From positions 992,001 to 1,056,000 of the forward strand of contig OZ287756.1 of NCBI GenBank assembly GCA_965649765.1: a stretch of DNA of 64,000 nt. The letters are read 5' to 3'. The stretch comes from Bispira polyomma. Taxonomy: Eukaryota. Position 1 is the stretch's first letter. Every line of letters starts with the position of its first letter. Below, piece after piece: positions 1 to 11,988 of this stretch. Below the pieces are notes generated by a model. It saw only the letters and a list, made by a program, of their open reading frames with translations. It had not been told where the DNA came from and did not search any database. The position numbers and the translations under genes were made by a program.

Positions 1-968
1 AAAATAATGCTTTCTTTGTAATTGTTAAACAATCAGTAAAAAAAATGGTAAAAAAAAATCAGTTCAGACAATTTGAGAGGCCAAAAAGTCGTTTATTTGT
101 GTCACCTTGTGGCAGTTAATACCCTTTGGAAGTATAACTAATACTCTACATTCTAGATATAGAATTTAAAAGCCGTCACTTGCCATCATGATGTCACCTT
201 AAGTCCCAGGGATCAGGTGCCAGATAGACTGCAACTTCCTAATCACCTAAAGTCACATGTGCTCTCCACCCACATTTCCCATAACGAGCCTGACGTCATT
301 CTATAATGTCTTTCACCGAGGCCAACACTAAACATACTCTAACCAACTCGACTAATTTGGCGTTCTCTTCAACTGTAGTGGGATTTATACATGCAAAGGT
401 CCCAAGTCATAAGGTTTGGCCACCTTGAAATTGTCTTTGGAGAATTGTTACTATTTTAGACTGAAAATTGCCGTTCATGTATTCTTGATGAATTAATCTT
501 TACAAGCAGCAATATTTTAATATGATTAGATATGAAATTTATTAAATATTAAACATTTTAACCATTTGCTTGTATTCTTCACAATCTTTAAATCCATCAA
601 TTAGTGTTGCTCACTCTGTACAACATAAGTATATTTTACTGTATGTTGTATTGTGTTGTTTCAGTGAGCCCAGTGGCTCATCCATTGAAGGGCTAAAAGT
701 GGTCGTCCAATTTCTGCCAACCAGCACCACTAACTGTCATTCATTTTAACTAAATACAGAGACTTTGGGATGACACCATTTATCAATGTCTAAATGGGTA
801 TTTAGCCTGCCACTGGAGAGAGTACTGAATGACAGTTGTCAAATTTGAAGTAGTCACATTCAATCTAGCATGTATCTGGCTGTACCTGGGAGGTACAGGC
901 TGGGCCTGAACCCTGTCAACCGTGTCACCCGCTAGTATTTTATTTGCCATTCAAAAACTGTCATTGAA

Positions 969-1280
969 TCTATAACAAGGGGCTGGGCTGTATTCACACC
1001 AGGTCTAAGTCTTAACTTAGTCTATAACAAGAGGCTGGGCTGTATTCACACCAGGTCTAAGTCTTAACTTAGTCTACAACAAGGGGATGGGCTGTATTCA
1101 CACCAGGTCTAAGTCTTAACTTAGTCTACAACAAGGGGCTGGGCTGTATTCACACCAGGTCTAAGACTTAACTTAGTCTATAACAAGAGGCTGGGCGGTA
1201 TTCACACCAAGTCTAAGTCTTAACTTAGTCTACAACAAGGGGCTGGGCTGTATTCACACCAGGTCTGAGTCTTAACTTAG
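969..1280. repeat. 52-bp tandem repeat, 6 copies, each containing the left end of the adjacent MITE
   Basis: Unit TCTATAACAAGGGGCTGGGCTGTATTCACACCAGGTCTAAGTCTTAACTTAG starts at 969, 1021, 1073, 1125, 1177 and 1229. Confidence 0.95.
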
Positions 1281-1462
1281 TCTTAAGCTTAAGATTTTGG
1301 CCTTAGATTTTTAATCTTAGCCCAAGTGAAAGCAAGAAGAGATCTTTGGTGTTAACATTGCTCTTAACACTAAAACTAACAGTAGACAGTCTTAAATATT
1401 CTAGACCTAAATGTTAAGCTGAATAGCAAGTTAAATGCTAAAACATTTAAGGAATACAGCCC
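1245..1462. mobile_element. MITE (non-autonomous DNA transposon, possibly Harbinger-like)
   Basis: Terminal inverted repeats GGGCTGTATTC (1245) and GAATACAGCCC (1452). The internal CTTAAC/CTAAGAC-rich sequence is shared with copies near 3712, 54200, 54645 and 55430. Superfamily is inference. Confidence 0.75.
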
Positions 1463-2599
1463 CTGGATTCAGACTGAAGCTCAAACTGACTCAATGTTTG
1501 AATTTAGTGATGAAATTCTTTTTAACAAGAAGTCACACAATTACAGGTTATATTCAGACTTAGGAATTACACACATTGCCTTTGCTTTATTTCAGTTTGA
1601 CTTCGTTTTGAAGAATATGGGCCCAGATGTTTTAAGGTAAACTATTGGTCACAGCTTTATAAGGTAAACTATTGCTCAGAGCTTTAGGGCAAAGTGTTCT
1701 ATACCTACAAACATGACGTCAAAGTCATTAACATAATGAATATTTCTTACATTTTCGTCCAGCTCTACAACTTGCTTTTTTGCCACTAGTTCTGCGTAAT
1801 AAAACCCCACCCACCCATTCTCAGTCAAAACCCTTGATGACCTAGAAGGGCTGCTGGCTATGTCCATTAACTAACACCTGTGTACAAGGGATGTACCAAG
1901 TTCATATCTGGCAGACATAATTTCATACTACAGGTTAATAGGATCCATGTATTCGCAATTACAGAAAAAGACCTGTAGAACAAAAATCACATTCCAAGTA
2001 TGTCAACAGAACCTTCACAGAATCTTCACTGCCTGTTTCTCTCAAATCCTAAAAAAATGTCAAAATTTTTAAAGTAAAATAAAAAATATACTTGTTTAAA
2101 AAGTACTTTGCTGAATAAATTTATTTAATTCATTGTGAAGCACTTTAAACAGTGCTGGCTGGAAAGATGCTATATAAAACCTTATGCTATGTGTATGTAA
2201 AAAATCAGTAACTAGCTGTCTCAACACTTTTACTTCGTCCACAGACCAGATTCACCAATAATTGTCTTAGCTGTAAGTTCCCTTCTTTCACGGAGAGATC
2301 AGAGTTTGTTCCTAAGGTTAGTGAGAAAATGGGTCAAAGGTGATCCATAATTAGGGATGTAAAACCAAGAGCAAACGTGATACAAGTGCTGACAAAAGAG
2401 AAACCTTCTACAGTTGTGTATCTTGGCTTTAAGGTAAATTACGAGCATAACCATCTTGGATTACATCTAATGTCCAGGTCCCACAGTGGCAATTTTCCAT
2501 CACGAATGCTGGCAAATATGAAATTATTTATGGTTGGAAGGAGCTTATTTAAAGATGTAGCTTCATTATAGCTTTAGACATTTGCCTATATTTCGCCAT

Positions 2600-2870
2600 T
2601 CCTCGTCCATATCTCGACATTCTCTGGTAACACACCTAAGCTTGTTCCTAGTTGGTAGCCAATACCTCATGGTTTTTCTATTTTCCACCCCTTCTCAATC
2701 CATTCAAGTATCTTATTCAATCCTCATGGTGGAGTCGGTTCTGGCATCGTGATTAACTGGTACATAGTCACCAGCATAAAAAATATGTCCCACCTTTATC
2801 ACGGAGAATGATGAAGAATCAAAATTCCCGATCATACTCGCAGCCCCACGCCACAGTAACTTGGCCATTA
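2600..2870 (-). pseudogene. possible degenerate tyrosine-kinase C-lobe fragment
   Basis: Manual translation DIFFMLVTMYQLITM...ILEWIEKGWKIEKP resembles kinase subdomains IX-X (DVWSFGVTMWEL.T ... G.RL.KP). Interrupted by TGA stops; no HRD/DFG found. Confidence 0.3.
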
Positions 2871-3261
2871 TTAAAAAGGTTTACCCCTGATCTGCGCTAT
2901 ATGCACATATTCAGCATATTCAAATGGATATTGGTATTTACGTGCAGTGGTTATTGATACAGTGGTTATTGAGATACTATTCCACTCGAATAAACATTTA
3001 AATGTCACCTCATTTCCCTTTCTCACTTGGCCTCGTTTAGTACACGAAACAATCTATCACAGATACAGCTTGGAATTGTGGGGGGAAATGAATACAGTTC
3101 CAATATGTTCTGTTTCTAATAGCCATGTTCTGTTTCCCATAGATATAAGCTAAAAAGGTTACATTTAACAATCATTTTAATAATCATTTGTTGTGGATTG
3201 TCCAGCTGTGTACATTGGGACATAAACACTAGGGATTGTACCAAAGATACTTGTTTACTGC

Positions 3262-3445
3262 TGTGTTCTCAGTGGTCTAGCGGTTAGAGTGTCTGGCTTT
3301 GGATCAGAGGGTGACAGGTTCTCGCTGCTGGCCTGGAGATTGTACCCTTTGATAAGGTACTTTACACAGAGTTGTCCCGCTCTATCCAGGTGAATAAATG
3401 GGTATATAGAGGTACCTGGAGGTATATGACCCCTTAAAATGGCCA
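3262..3445 (+). mobile_element. tRNA-derived SINE fragment
   Basis: A-box-like TGGTCTAGCGG, degenerate B box, followed by a CTCTATCCAGGTGAATAAATGGGTA body. Confidence 0.6.
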
Positions 3446-3711
3446 TACTTTGTTATTTAGGCCGATCTGGCAAATCAAATCACCTCGTGATAGTAGTATC
3501 ATTCTCAGGCATTTACTTCGATTTTAGAGAAAATACCAATTAGCAGAGAACAATTTGGACTGACAATAAGACAGTTATAACATCATTCCTTTAATCTACA
3601 AATATAGCTAGAGACACTGAACTAAAAAAGCTGGTTAAAATCAATGCAAGTAACCACAACAACTATAAACATGTCACACGAAAAGTCTTTAGCAGTAATG
3701 CAGTAGTTCAG

Positions 3712-3920
3712 TGGCCATATTCACAGCATGCCTTAATCTTAACTGTGTCTTACACTTAGGAATATAGTCTTTGATTTGGGCCAAAAAGGTTAAGATTTGG
3801 GTCTTAGTCCTGGTGAAAGTAAGAAGAGATTTTTATTTGGTGTTGACTTTGCTCTTAACACTAAGACTATAGTTAGTCTTAAACATTTTAGACACAAATC
3901 TTATAAGACTAAGTTAAGAA
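3712..3920. mobile_element. MITE copy, same family as 1245..1462
   Basis: GGCCATATTCAC end plus the shared GTGAAAGTAAGAAGAGAT...GCTCTTAACACTAAGACTA core. Confidence 0.6.
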
Positions 3921-4186
3921 AGTAATCTGCTTTTTAATAAAGATTGTATCCACCATTAACTTATATACATCAATCGATTATTGTTGTGCTTCCTATTCCT
4001 CAGAAGACCCCCCACACCATCAATATAATGCTCGTATTGTTATAGAACTAATCTATAGGTCACGTGACACCGAGTTGTTATAAAGAAAATCACCCACTTT
4101 CCGATCTTCACACAGAGATGACTGTTCTTTTTCTAGGTTTGTGAGAAGCCAGGTAAAGCAGAGGATATCTGAAGACATGTGTGCCT

Positions 4187-4430
4187 GGGGGGGGGGGGGG
4201 GGGGGGGGGGGGAATGATTACTGGAAGGAACACAGGTACCTGGTGACATCTATCCACAAACATACATTGGTACAAAGTGCAGTATTTAGATAAAGAAGAG
4301 TACATTGGAAAAGTCATACAGTCCTTTAACAGGTAACTGGTGACATCTATCCACATAGATACAAGGGTGCAGGGTGCAGTATTTAGATAAAGAAGAGTAC
4401 ATTAGTAAAGTCATACAGTCCTTTAACACA
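4187..4430. repeat. poly-G run followed by a ~98-bp direct duplication
   Basis: G run 4187..4212. The block CTGGTGACATCTATCCACA...AAGTCATACAGTCCTTTAACA occurs twice. Confidence 0.85.
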
Positions 4431-7400
4431 GTCATCTGATAAAAAAAGAGAGACAGTATAAATATATATCTACCTTCATCTGGTATTTAGAGCGCTAATT
4501 AACCATTTCCTGACTTTAAACAGTCAACTGCCAATCAATCAATCAACAGTCAATCAGTTGCTGTCATTACTTTAACTAAAGAGAGAGAGGTTTGAGGATG
4601 ACCATTTATCAAGGTCCCTGACAATATTTAGCCTACAATTGGGGATAGAACCCAGTGACAAAATGTGTGTACACCTCATGCCCAAAGATGTTATCCCACC
4701 AATGAAACTAGCAGCTGGTACTGGTAGTAGAACCCAGGACCTTCTGATTATCACCCTAACTCCCTAACCACTAGGCCATTGGGGACACTAATACATTCTT
4801 GGATAACTAACCTGTACTGCTTTTCTTTAACCAAAAAATAAAACAAACAAAAAACTTGTCATGATATAAAACAAAGATGCGGGAAGGCATCGTTACGGCT
4901 AGCACTACACCGTAATAGCCATTGGTCATATAATATGGTATTCTAACTAGTCTTTGTCTAAATGCCAAAAGGTGTTGCCACCGGTTCTTCATTGTTTTGG
5001 TACAATTTTCAAATGCATGAGGTTTAGAGATTTTGTAAATTCAGAGTCACTTTGTCTTTTTTTGCAGCCATTGCATTTAATATAAGTTTAGTCTAATTGT
5101 TGTTGTTTTGTCTGGCATTACATCTCCAGTAGTGGTAGTGAAAGCACACAAATCTAAGCATATTGCATTAAACGTATCACGGCCACTACTTCTGTTTTTA
5201 ATTAAAGCAAATACTGAAGAACAGTAGAAGTGCTGAGTCGTCATTTGATCTCCTAATTGTCACTTAATCAGTAAGGATTCTTAGCGATTACAAATCTCAC
5301 ATCACTAGTCTAAAGAAAACAAAACACCTCATTTGTGAAAATCAATAGGTGATTTCAGGCCCAGGTATTTTTGTGGCTTCTGAAACAACACAAGTGTCGG
5401 AGATCACGTGAAAATCAAGTGAAGGAGATCACTGATAGTTCAGATAGACCACCGCTGTGCTCACTGAGAAAGCATCAAAATATTGCTAACGACAGGTAAG
5501 TAGGAAAGACAAACTCATTAGTGGATTAAATGAAACTCTCCACAATGGGTAAGGGGTTGTTATCAAAGGGTGTCTGGTGTCGTGTGAGCAATGGTCAACT
5601 ATAATGAGTATATATAGATGGCATTGGTCTCTGTTTTCTTTAACTGACGACATAGTCTTAATCAGTGAAAGTTGTGTGACTATATAGCAAATCATATTCT
5701 ACATAGATGATGCTCAATGTGGTATTTATTGAAAAATTTAATAAGTGCCCCATGATGTAATAAATAAATAAATCAACTTTAATTCTATATCTGATATAAG
5801 TTTTGATTAGTTCACAAAAATATGTGCTAATCTTTTCCTTTTCGAAATTTTGTTTTAGAACTACCTAATTGTTCCAAACCATTATAAATACCAATATTGT
5901 GATACACAACATATATTTGTTTTTGAATGCTTCCTAAAAAGAAATAAGACTAAAGTTAAAATAATCCACTTTTTTGGATAATATGTAGATATAAGCAACT
6001 TCAATTTTTTATATTATGTTAGGTACAAACATTATATTATGCGCTAGATATTTTACCAATAAAGATTATTATTGTACCGATATATATCTGTTTCTTATAG
6101 TTTTCTACTCCGGGATAAATGCTTTAATCTTGTTCCATTTATTTTTAAAAGAATCCTGGTGATCAGTAATTAAAGACAGATATTCCTGCTGTTAAATATA
6201 ACGTTCCTTTTGAGACCACAGAACACAGATAATACCTGGGGATCTAAACTTTGTAGCTTAATTGAAAATATATCAAAAGGGTTTATTCCCTACCTGAGCA
6301 TGATAATAGTGTTATGTGCCTTTCTCATTAATTTTATGTGTTAAATAAATGCTGAATAAACAGGCCACAGGCCATTCACTCATTATTCATCAACACACCG
6401 CTACTTCTGATTTTGCCTTCGAAATTTTTTGGGCGAGAAACAACCGTGAATAATATTAACAATTACCGCATAAGTTATGTATTGTCATCTTATTTTGAAA
6501 TAAGTTTGTATGTAATAAGTAGAATAAATAACAGAACATTTTACATGATAGTCCAGTTGTATTTTTATTTTAACATGGGCGATAATTCAAGGTTTTATTT
6601 GTGTTGGGTTATTTTTATAAAAAATTAAACTAATCAATAATCTACAACTATTAGTATACTTAGGGTAAAATTTCCGTTTAAATGTTACTGGAGAGCTGTC
6701 ATGGTGTGCTTTGAACAGTTGTTAACAATTTAAATTATGTTAAACATTAATGTTAGTTGAATGTAGCATGTATCTCCAACATTATTCAAAACATGCAAGA
6801 GAGGAGAGGAGTACCCTAATTTGAACAAAAATATCTTCTCTGATTCTTAACATATTTTAATGCAACAAAAAACACAGTAATCGCAATAAAATAAGCTTTC
6901 TCTCCATATTTCTATAAAAACTATAAAAATAATATTTTCGCTATTTTCTGATTTACAGGGGGAGACAGCGATTCATGGTGGATAGCATTTCGCCGTAAAT
7001 ATGGTTATTACACTATTCGTATAACAATCACATGCCTACAAATACAAATATAAAGAGTATTGTCTGTTGAAAGAATTTTTAAATTAATTAGTTGTATTAA
7101 CACAGTATAGTATATATTATAACACAATTTTGTTGTGCTAATATATATATATGTTAATTATTTTCTAGGATTTCAATCAAAGTAAACCGCCAAATATATG
7201 ATGTCAAAGTATTATTTGGAACAAGGAAGGCAAGTGGAATCCAACCAAGAGGTATCAAGAGTTCTGGCTTCTGAATGAGTTGTGTATAATTAATCTATAT
7301 ACGAGAAAAACGAAAAGATTCCACAAGAACCAATATTTAAGTACATAGAAAACCTTTCCAAGCCTGTGCTCGGTGCATGCAATCTATTTTGTCTCCAGTA

Positions 7401-8040
7401 ATAGAAATTTTTTTTTTTTTACATGTTTATACTATTTTAGCCAACTTAGCGGTAAATGTTCACTGAAACTTGAAAATGTTCACTGAAACTTAAAAATGTT
7501 CAATTTTGTATTACACAGATAGACGCTTTTTATTAGTATATTATTTTATGTACATCTAGAAGTTAGATAGTCAAATTTTAACATTATGCGGTAAAATTTT
7601 GAAGTTACTTGTAGAAGTTAGTTGTAATTGTTGTCAGACTCTACTGTAAAAGTGTTATGCGCAGTCTCGTAGAATCTAGAACAGACTCACTCCCATCTCT
7701 GCAGTCGAAGGTTCCACTACTCTGCCCAGATTTCCATTTACTTGCCGGGATATAATACACAATTAACAAAAAAAAGCTAATTTCTTTAACATCTACCCGG
7801 TTAAGTAGAAATCTTGCTTTTTTCTGATAGTACTAAACATCTATTTGATTTAGTAGGTTTGCAGCAACCAAAATCATGCTCTCCCAACATGTTTGGATAA
7901 TAGAATCTACCGTAATTACTTTTATTTTCTCTGCCAAGTATGGATGAATAAAAGTTATAAGATTCAATCAATTCTCTGTTACTCAACCATGTTTCTAAAT
8001 ATTGCAATTCATATTCAACCTTGTTAAAGTTTTTTAATAC

Positions 8041-8224
8041 TGAAGTGAAGAGTGGTCTTACTTTTCCACAGGTTGTTGACACTTCAGCTTCACGTATGGT
8101 TCTGTTTAAAACTCCCTCTCTTTTTCCCCAAGTCTCACCATTCCCATTTGTAAACACCGACATCTCGCCGAGATCTCGCAAAGTGCGAGACTTCGCGCGA
8201 GATTGCCGACCGCGGCTCACTACA
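8041..8224 (-). repeat. 3' LTR of the non-autonomous element
   Basis: Direct repeat of 13710..13884, preceded by the PPT and followed by the TSD. Confidence 0.92.
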
Positions 8225-8237
8225 TTCCTCCTCTTCT
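8225..8237 (-). promoter_or_regulatory. polypurine tract
   Basis: AGAAGAGGAGGAA immediately precedes the TGTAG start of the 3' LTR. Confidence 0.88.
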
Positions 8238-8798
8238 ATGAAAAGTTGGTGGTCTATCCTGAAGTGAAGTCAGGTAGTGGATCCTATCAGGAGCTGCTGT
8301 AATCTTTAGTTGATTATTTATCCTATGGGGAGGGGTTATTAAATAAACTCATTACAGCTCACGCTAAAGCTTAATTAGTCATTGAGCTACAATTTCAAGC
8401 AAAGCAGTAATGTCTGATTCGCAGAGGTTGGTATTCAATTCATTTTTGAAACCCAATACAAGTGAACTCAACTAGGTTTCCTCATACACTAAAGGATTAC
8501 AATTTTGTCTCCCAGCTTCCCAAAAACCCAACACACAGGATTATGGCTAAATGTAGGGAAAGCTAGACAGTTTTTGTTTGATGCTCATAGAACTAAATCT
8601 AATGAGCTACCTCAGTGGAGTACAACCAAACCACATTACCGGCTCAGCTGACTTTTGCCAAACCGGAATAACCCGGCTCAGTTAATGACAACCAGGTTAA
8701 CTCTGGTTGTCCCTATTACAGACTTCCTTACTTGGTTGAGGTTAATCAGAGTAATAGCCTCTCTGATTAACTCCTTGTACAGGTTCCCTGACAAACAA

Positions 8799-9676
8799 TT
8801 ATGATTTAGGGTTCCTTGCTTCCCGGGACACTTGCGATGACAACCTATTCCTTTCACCACATTGTGACTGTTGGTGAGGTCTTTTTGATAAAAGCTTCCA
8901 CACACTGGAGTTGTATGTGGTCTGTGGTTTCCTATACAACTCTTTAGATTCTTGGTTTCCATATCCAAAAAGATCCAACAAGTAGCTTAGTACTCGCCAA
9001 TGGATTAATGATGTGGCACAATTTGGTGGACTAACTGTTGGACAATATGGTAGATTATTTCCAGAAATCCAATATTGGAAATCCTTCATCAAAGCAAGAT
9101 CATCCTCAGATATGGCACATTTGGTTTTGGGAAACCATCTTCTTCTCAGCACTATTTGTAAGAGTCCATTTATTGAGAGACAACCCACATCTTTCGCAAC
9201 AAACAACAGAAGACTTTCATATTGCTTCATCTGTTCTTTAAGAGTCATTGCCGCCTTTGATGAAGTAAATCTAGGTAGATGCCTTCCTATGACATGTTTT
9301 TTTATGTGCGATGTTTCCACTTGACAATCACGGATAAAACAACACCTCTTCCTGGAATGATTTAGATTTGGTTGTATATTTCTCCTTTTATTCTTCCTAG
9401 CATCATCAGGTTGTGTTAAGTCTGTTCTGAGATTTTCATTTTTGAGGTAGCTTTTATTCCAGAATACTCTGGTTTTAACGGGAGAGTAAATATTTTTAGG
9501 CGAATGACAACTGCCACTCTTACCTTCCCCCTCTCTTCACCATTTAAATCTTCCTGCTGACTGCTACCCACAGTGCCTCCAACTTTGAAACATATATTTT
9601 TGCCACCATCGTTGGCAATACGTCCCAGTGGTTGGTGGGTTATGGCAGAGCAGTCCATAATTGTTACGGTCTCCAT
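8799..9676 (-). pseudogene. cargo ORF B: protein with a C2H2-like motif (frameshifted)
   Basis: The frame of ORF 8799..9320 stays open up to 9536 and gives RKRCCFIRDCQVETSHIKKHVIGRHLP (C-x4-C-x8-H-x4-H), then SPPNCATSLIHWRVL. Probably joined to ORF 9676..9416 at the C-run near 9530. Confidence 0.6.
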
Positions 9677-10677
9677 TGCACATGGACTTGTAACATTACT
9701 CTTGAATACTCTTGAAGACTCTCTTTCGGACCTGTATAACAGCTGCCTCCATATTTAGTTCCATTACAACAGGTGTACTCGACAATAATGGTTTGAACAG
9801 TGGTACACCCTTAAGGGTTTAGTAACGTAAACACAAAAACACGATGGCAATAAAGTATGATGCTTTATGAATGCTTATTTCTACTCTGTATAACAACTAT
9901 GATGGCTTTAAAAGTATACTTTAGTGAGATTTTTAACTATTTTTATATGTCCAAACTAATGAAAAGGTTAACACTTTACTATAAAACTATAAAAACACCC
10001 ATATAATGATTCTTGTATTGTAACGTCACACAATTTGAAAAACTATGTAGAACGTCATATCTGTAAACAAATCTCGCAGAGAGCCCTGTCTATTTTGACA
10101 TAATAAGAGTATTGATCCAGTTTATATCCGTACAAGATATACGCTACACAACTTTATAAAACATGTATATTATTTCTAGTGATTTACATTTTTCAATATG
10201 TTTCCTAACTTTATAAAAACAAAGAATATAAAAAAATCTTTCTGTTTAGAAGAGTGTAAGTTTAATATTTTTCTAAAATAAGCCCAGTTTTTGTGCTTTT
10301 ATTGAAAAACGAATTCATTCAAAATAATGCTGATGTTTTCCTTTTTCTAGTCATGTACAATACTTCAGTATTGATCCCTTCTTGGTATATAAATTGTGTC
10401 ACGTTTGTGAAGCATGTACTTTGAAAATATTACCCATTTTTGTTACAATTTAACACACTGCTATATGTATTGTATGTCTCAAGATACCTATTGAAATGAT
10501 ACATGAAAAATATAAATTAGTATATAATTAGAATATATGTCATTCTTTATTATTTCTACTCATGCAAATGTAAAAATGTTATCTATAAATCGACTTTAAG
10601 GCCACCCCCCAAAAAATGTGCTGTTTCTGAAAAGCTCAACCTCTCATAACGTGGTTATTGGCGATCGTTTTATGCGA

Positions 10678-11988
10678 TTACGTTACTAAAGCCTTAAATG
10701 GAGTTGAACATATTTGACTCCTTACTACCTCAGCATTTGCCATTGAAGAACTACAAGACAAACTTGATGCCTCCAACTGGCTTCCTAAAGATGAATTCAG
10801 GGAATCATTTTCACTATCTAACAGCAATGTGGAATTTAGTGCAAACCTTGAGCTGGATAGGGTAGATTCTACATCTGAGCCACATGACAGCAGGGATGAC
10901 ACTCATTGCCTTCTGAATCATGGTTAGCTTTATGTTTTCGGTATTTGTTGATTTCTCTCACCAGACCTCTTTTTTGCCGAATGTAAAGTTTATTTTGAGA
11001 TTCAAACTGCTGCTCCCCCACGACAATTTGTCGTTTCAACACCTTTAGTTCATGTTGTAGGTTTTTATTAATTATGCACAGCCTCTGGTTAGAATGGATG
11101 TCAGCACTAAGCTTTTCTTTTAAATCTGAGTTTTGCTGTTCTACTACCTTCAGGTTTCCTGTTAAAGCCGAAATTTGATTTGAAGACTGTTGAAAGCATT
11201 CTAAAACCCTCATAAGAGTTTGCCCATTCGATTGTATCGATTTAAAATGGGAATTTCTAAGTTCCTCCTCAACGGCTAGGTTTGTTGTCTTTAACTCATC
11301 TATTTTTCCTTCCTGGTCCTTACATTTACCTGCGAGGAAATCGAATTCCTTCGTCTAACTGACCAGTAACAGCTTCAATTTCTCTGAGCTTCTCTTTGTT
11401 TACCTCTGTCAACTTTAAGATCATAACCTCCTGATCTTTGCACTTTTCAGAGAGGAAATCGAATTCATTCATCTTACCCTCCAACTGACCCGGACCATTA
11501 ACAACTTCAACTTCGCTGAGCTTCCCTTGGTTCACTGCTTTCAACTTCAAGATTATGGCGTCCTGATCTTTGCACTTTTTGGAGAGAAAATCGAACTCAT
11601 TCGTCTTTCTTTCCAACTGACCTGAAATTACCCCTATTTCTTGAAGACTTTCCTTATTGGCCTTTCTCACATCAATAAGATCCTCCTCCATTAGTCTGAG
11701 TACTATCTGAAGAAATGTATCTTTACCTTTTCCCTTATCAAGCCCTGCCTTTACCTTTCTCGGGACATGAGAGGTATGAACATCCAGCACAATAAAAGAT
11801 AATGCCATCGCATCTTCCCTATTGCAATATTTACCAAGTTTGTTCTCCATATCCCTTCGCTGAAAGTCCTCTACTTTACAAGAGTGAGCTATGTCTGCTA
11901 ATTTTGAGTCATCCTCTTCTAAATAGTCACAGAAAGCTGCCCTTAGTTCCTCCTCAAATTTATCCCAGTCTACTGATATCTCTTCCAT
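10678..11988 (-). pseudogene. cargo ORF A: coiled-coil protein with three ~42-aa repeats and a Ser-rich tail (frameshifted)
   Basis: ORF 11988..11326 joins by a frameshift at ~11352 (third EFDFLxxKCKDQ repeat) into the frame of ORF 11213..10869. A probable second shift at ~10900 leads into the Ser-rich ORF 10902..10678. About 435 aa reconstructed. Confidence 0.7.

Noticed and set aside
969-1280. This array, and those at 35860 and 47207, as CRISPR arrays
   Set aside because: Head-to-tail units with no unique spacers, no cas genes, and a eukaryotic context.
4108-4356. Poly-proline ORF
   Set aside because: The proline run is the translation of a poly-G homopolymer; no other coding signal.
7801-8302. 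ORFs 7801..8220 and 8021..8302, and their twins at 13608..14054 and 13621..13986, as duplicated genes
   Set aside because: The shared peptide is simply the translation of the two LTR copies; similarity stops at the LTR boundaries.
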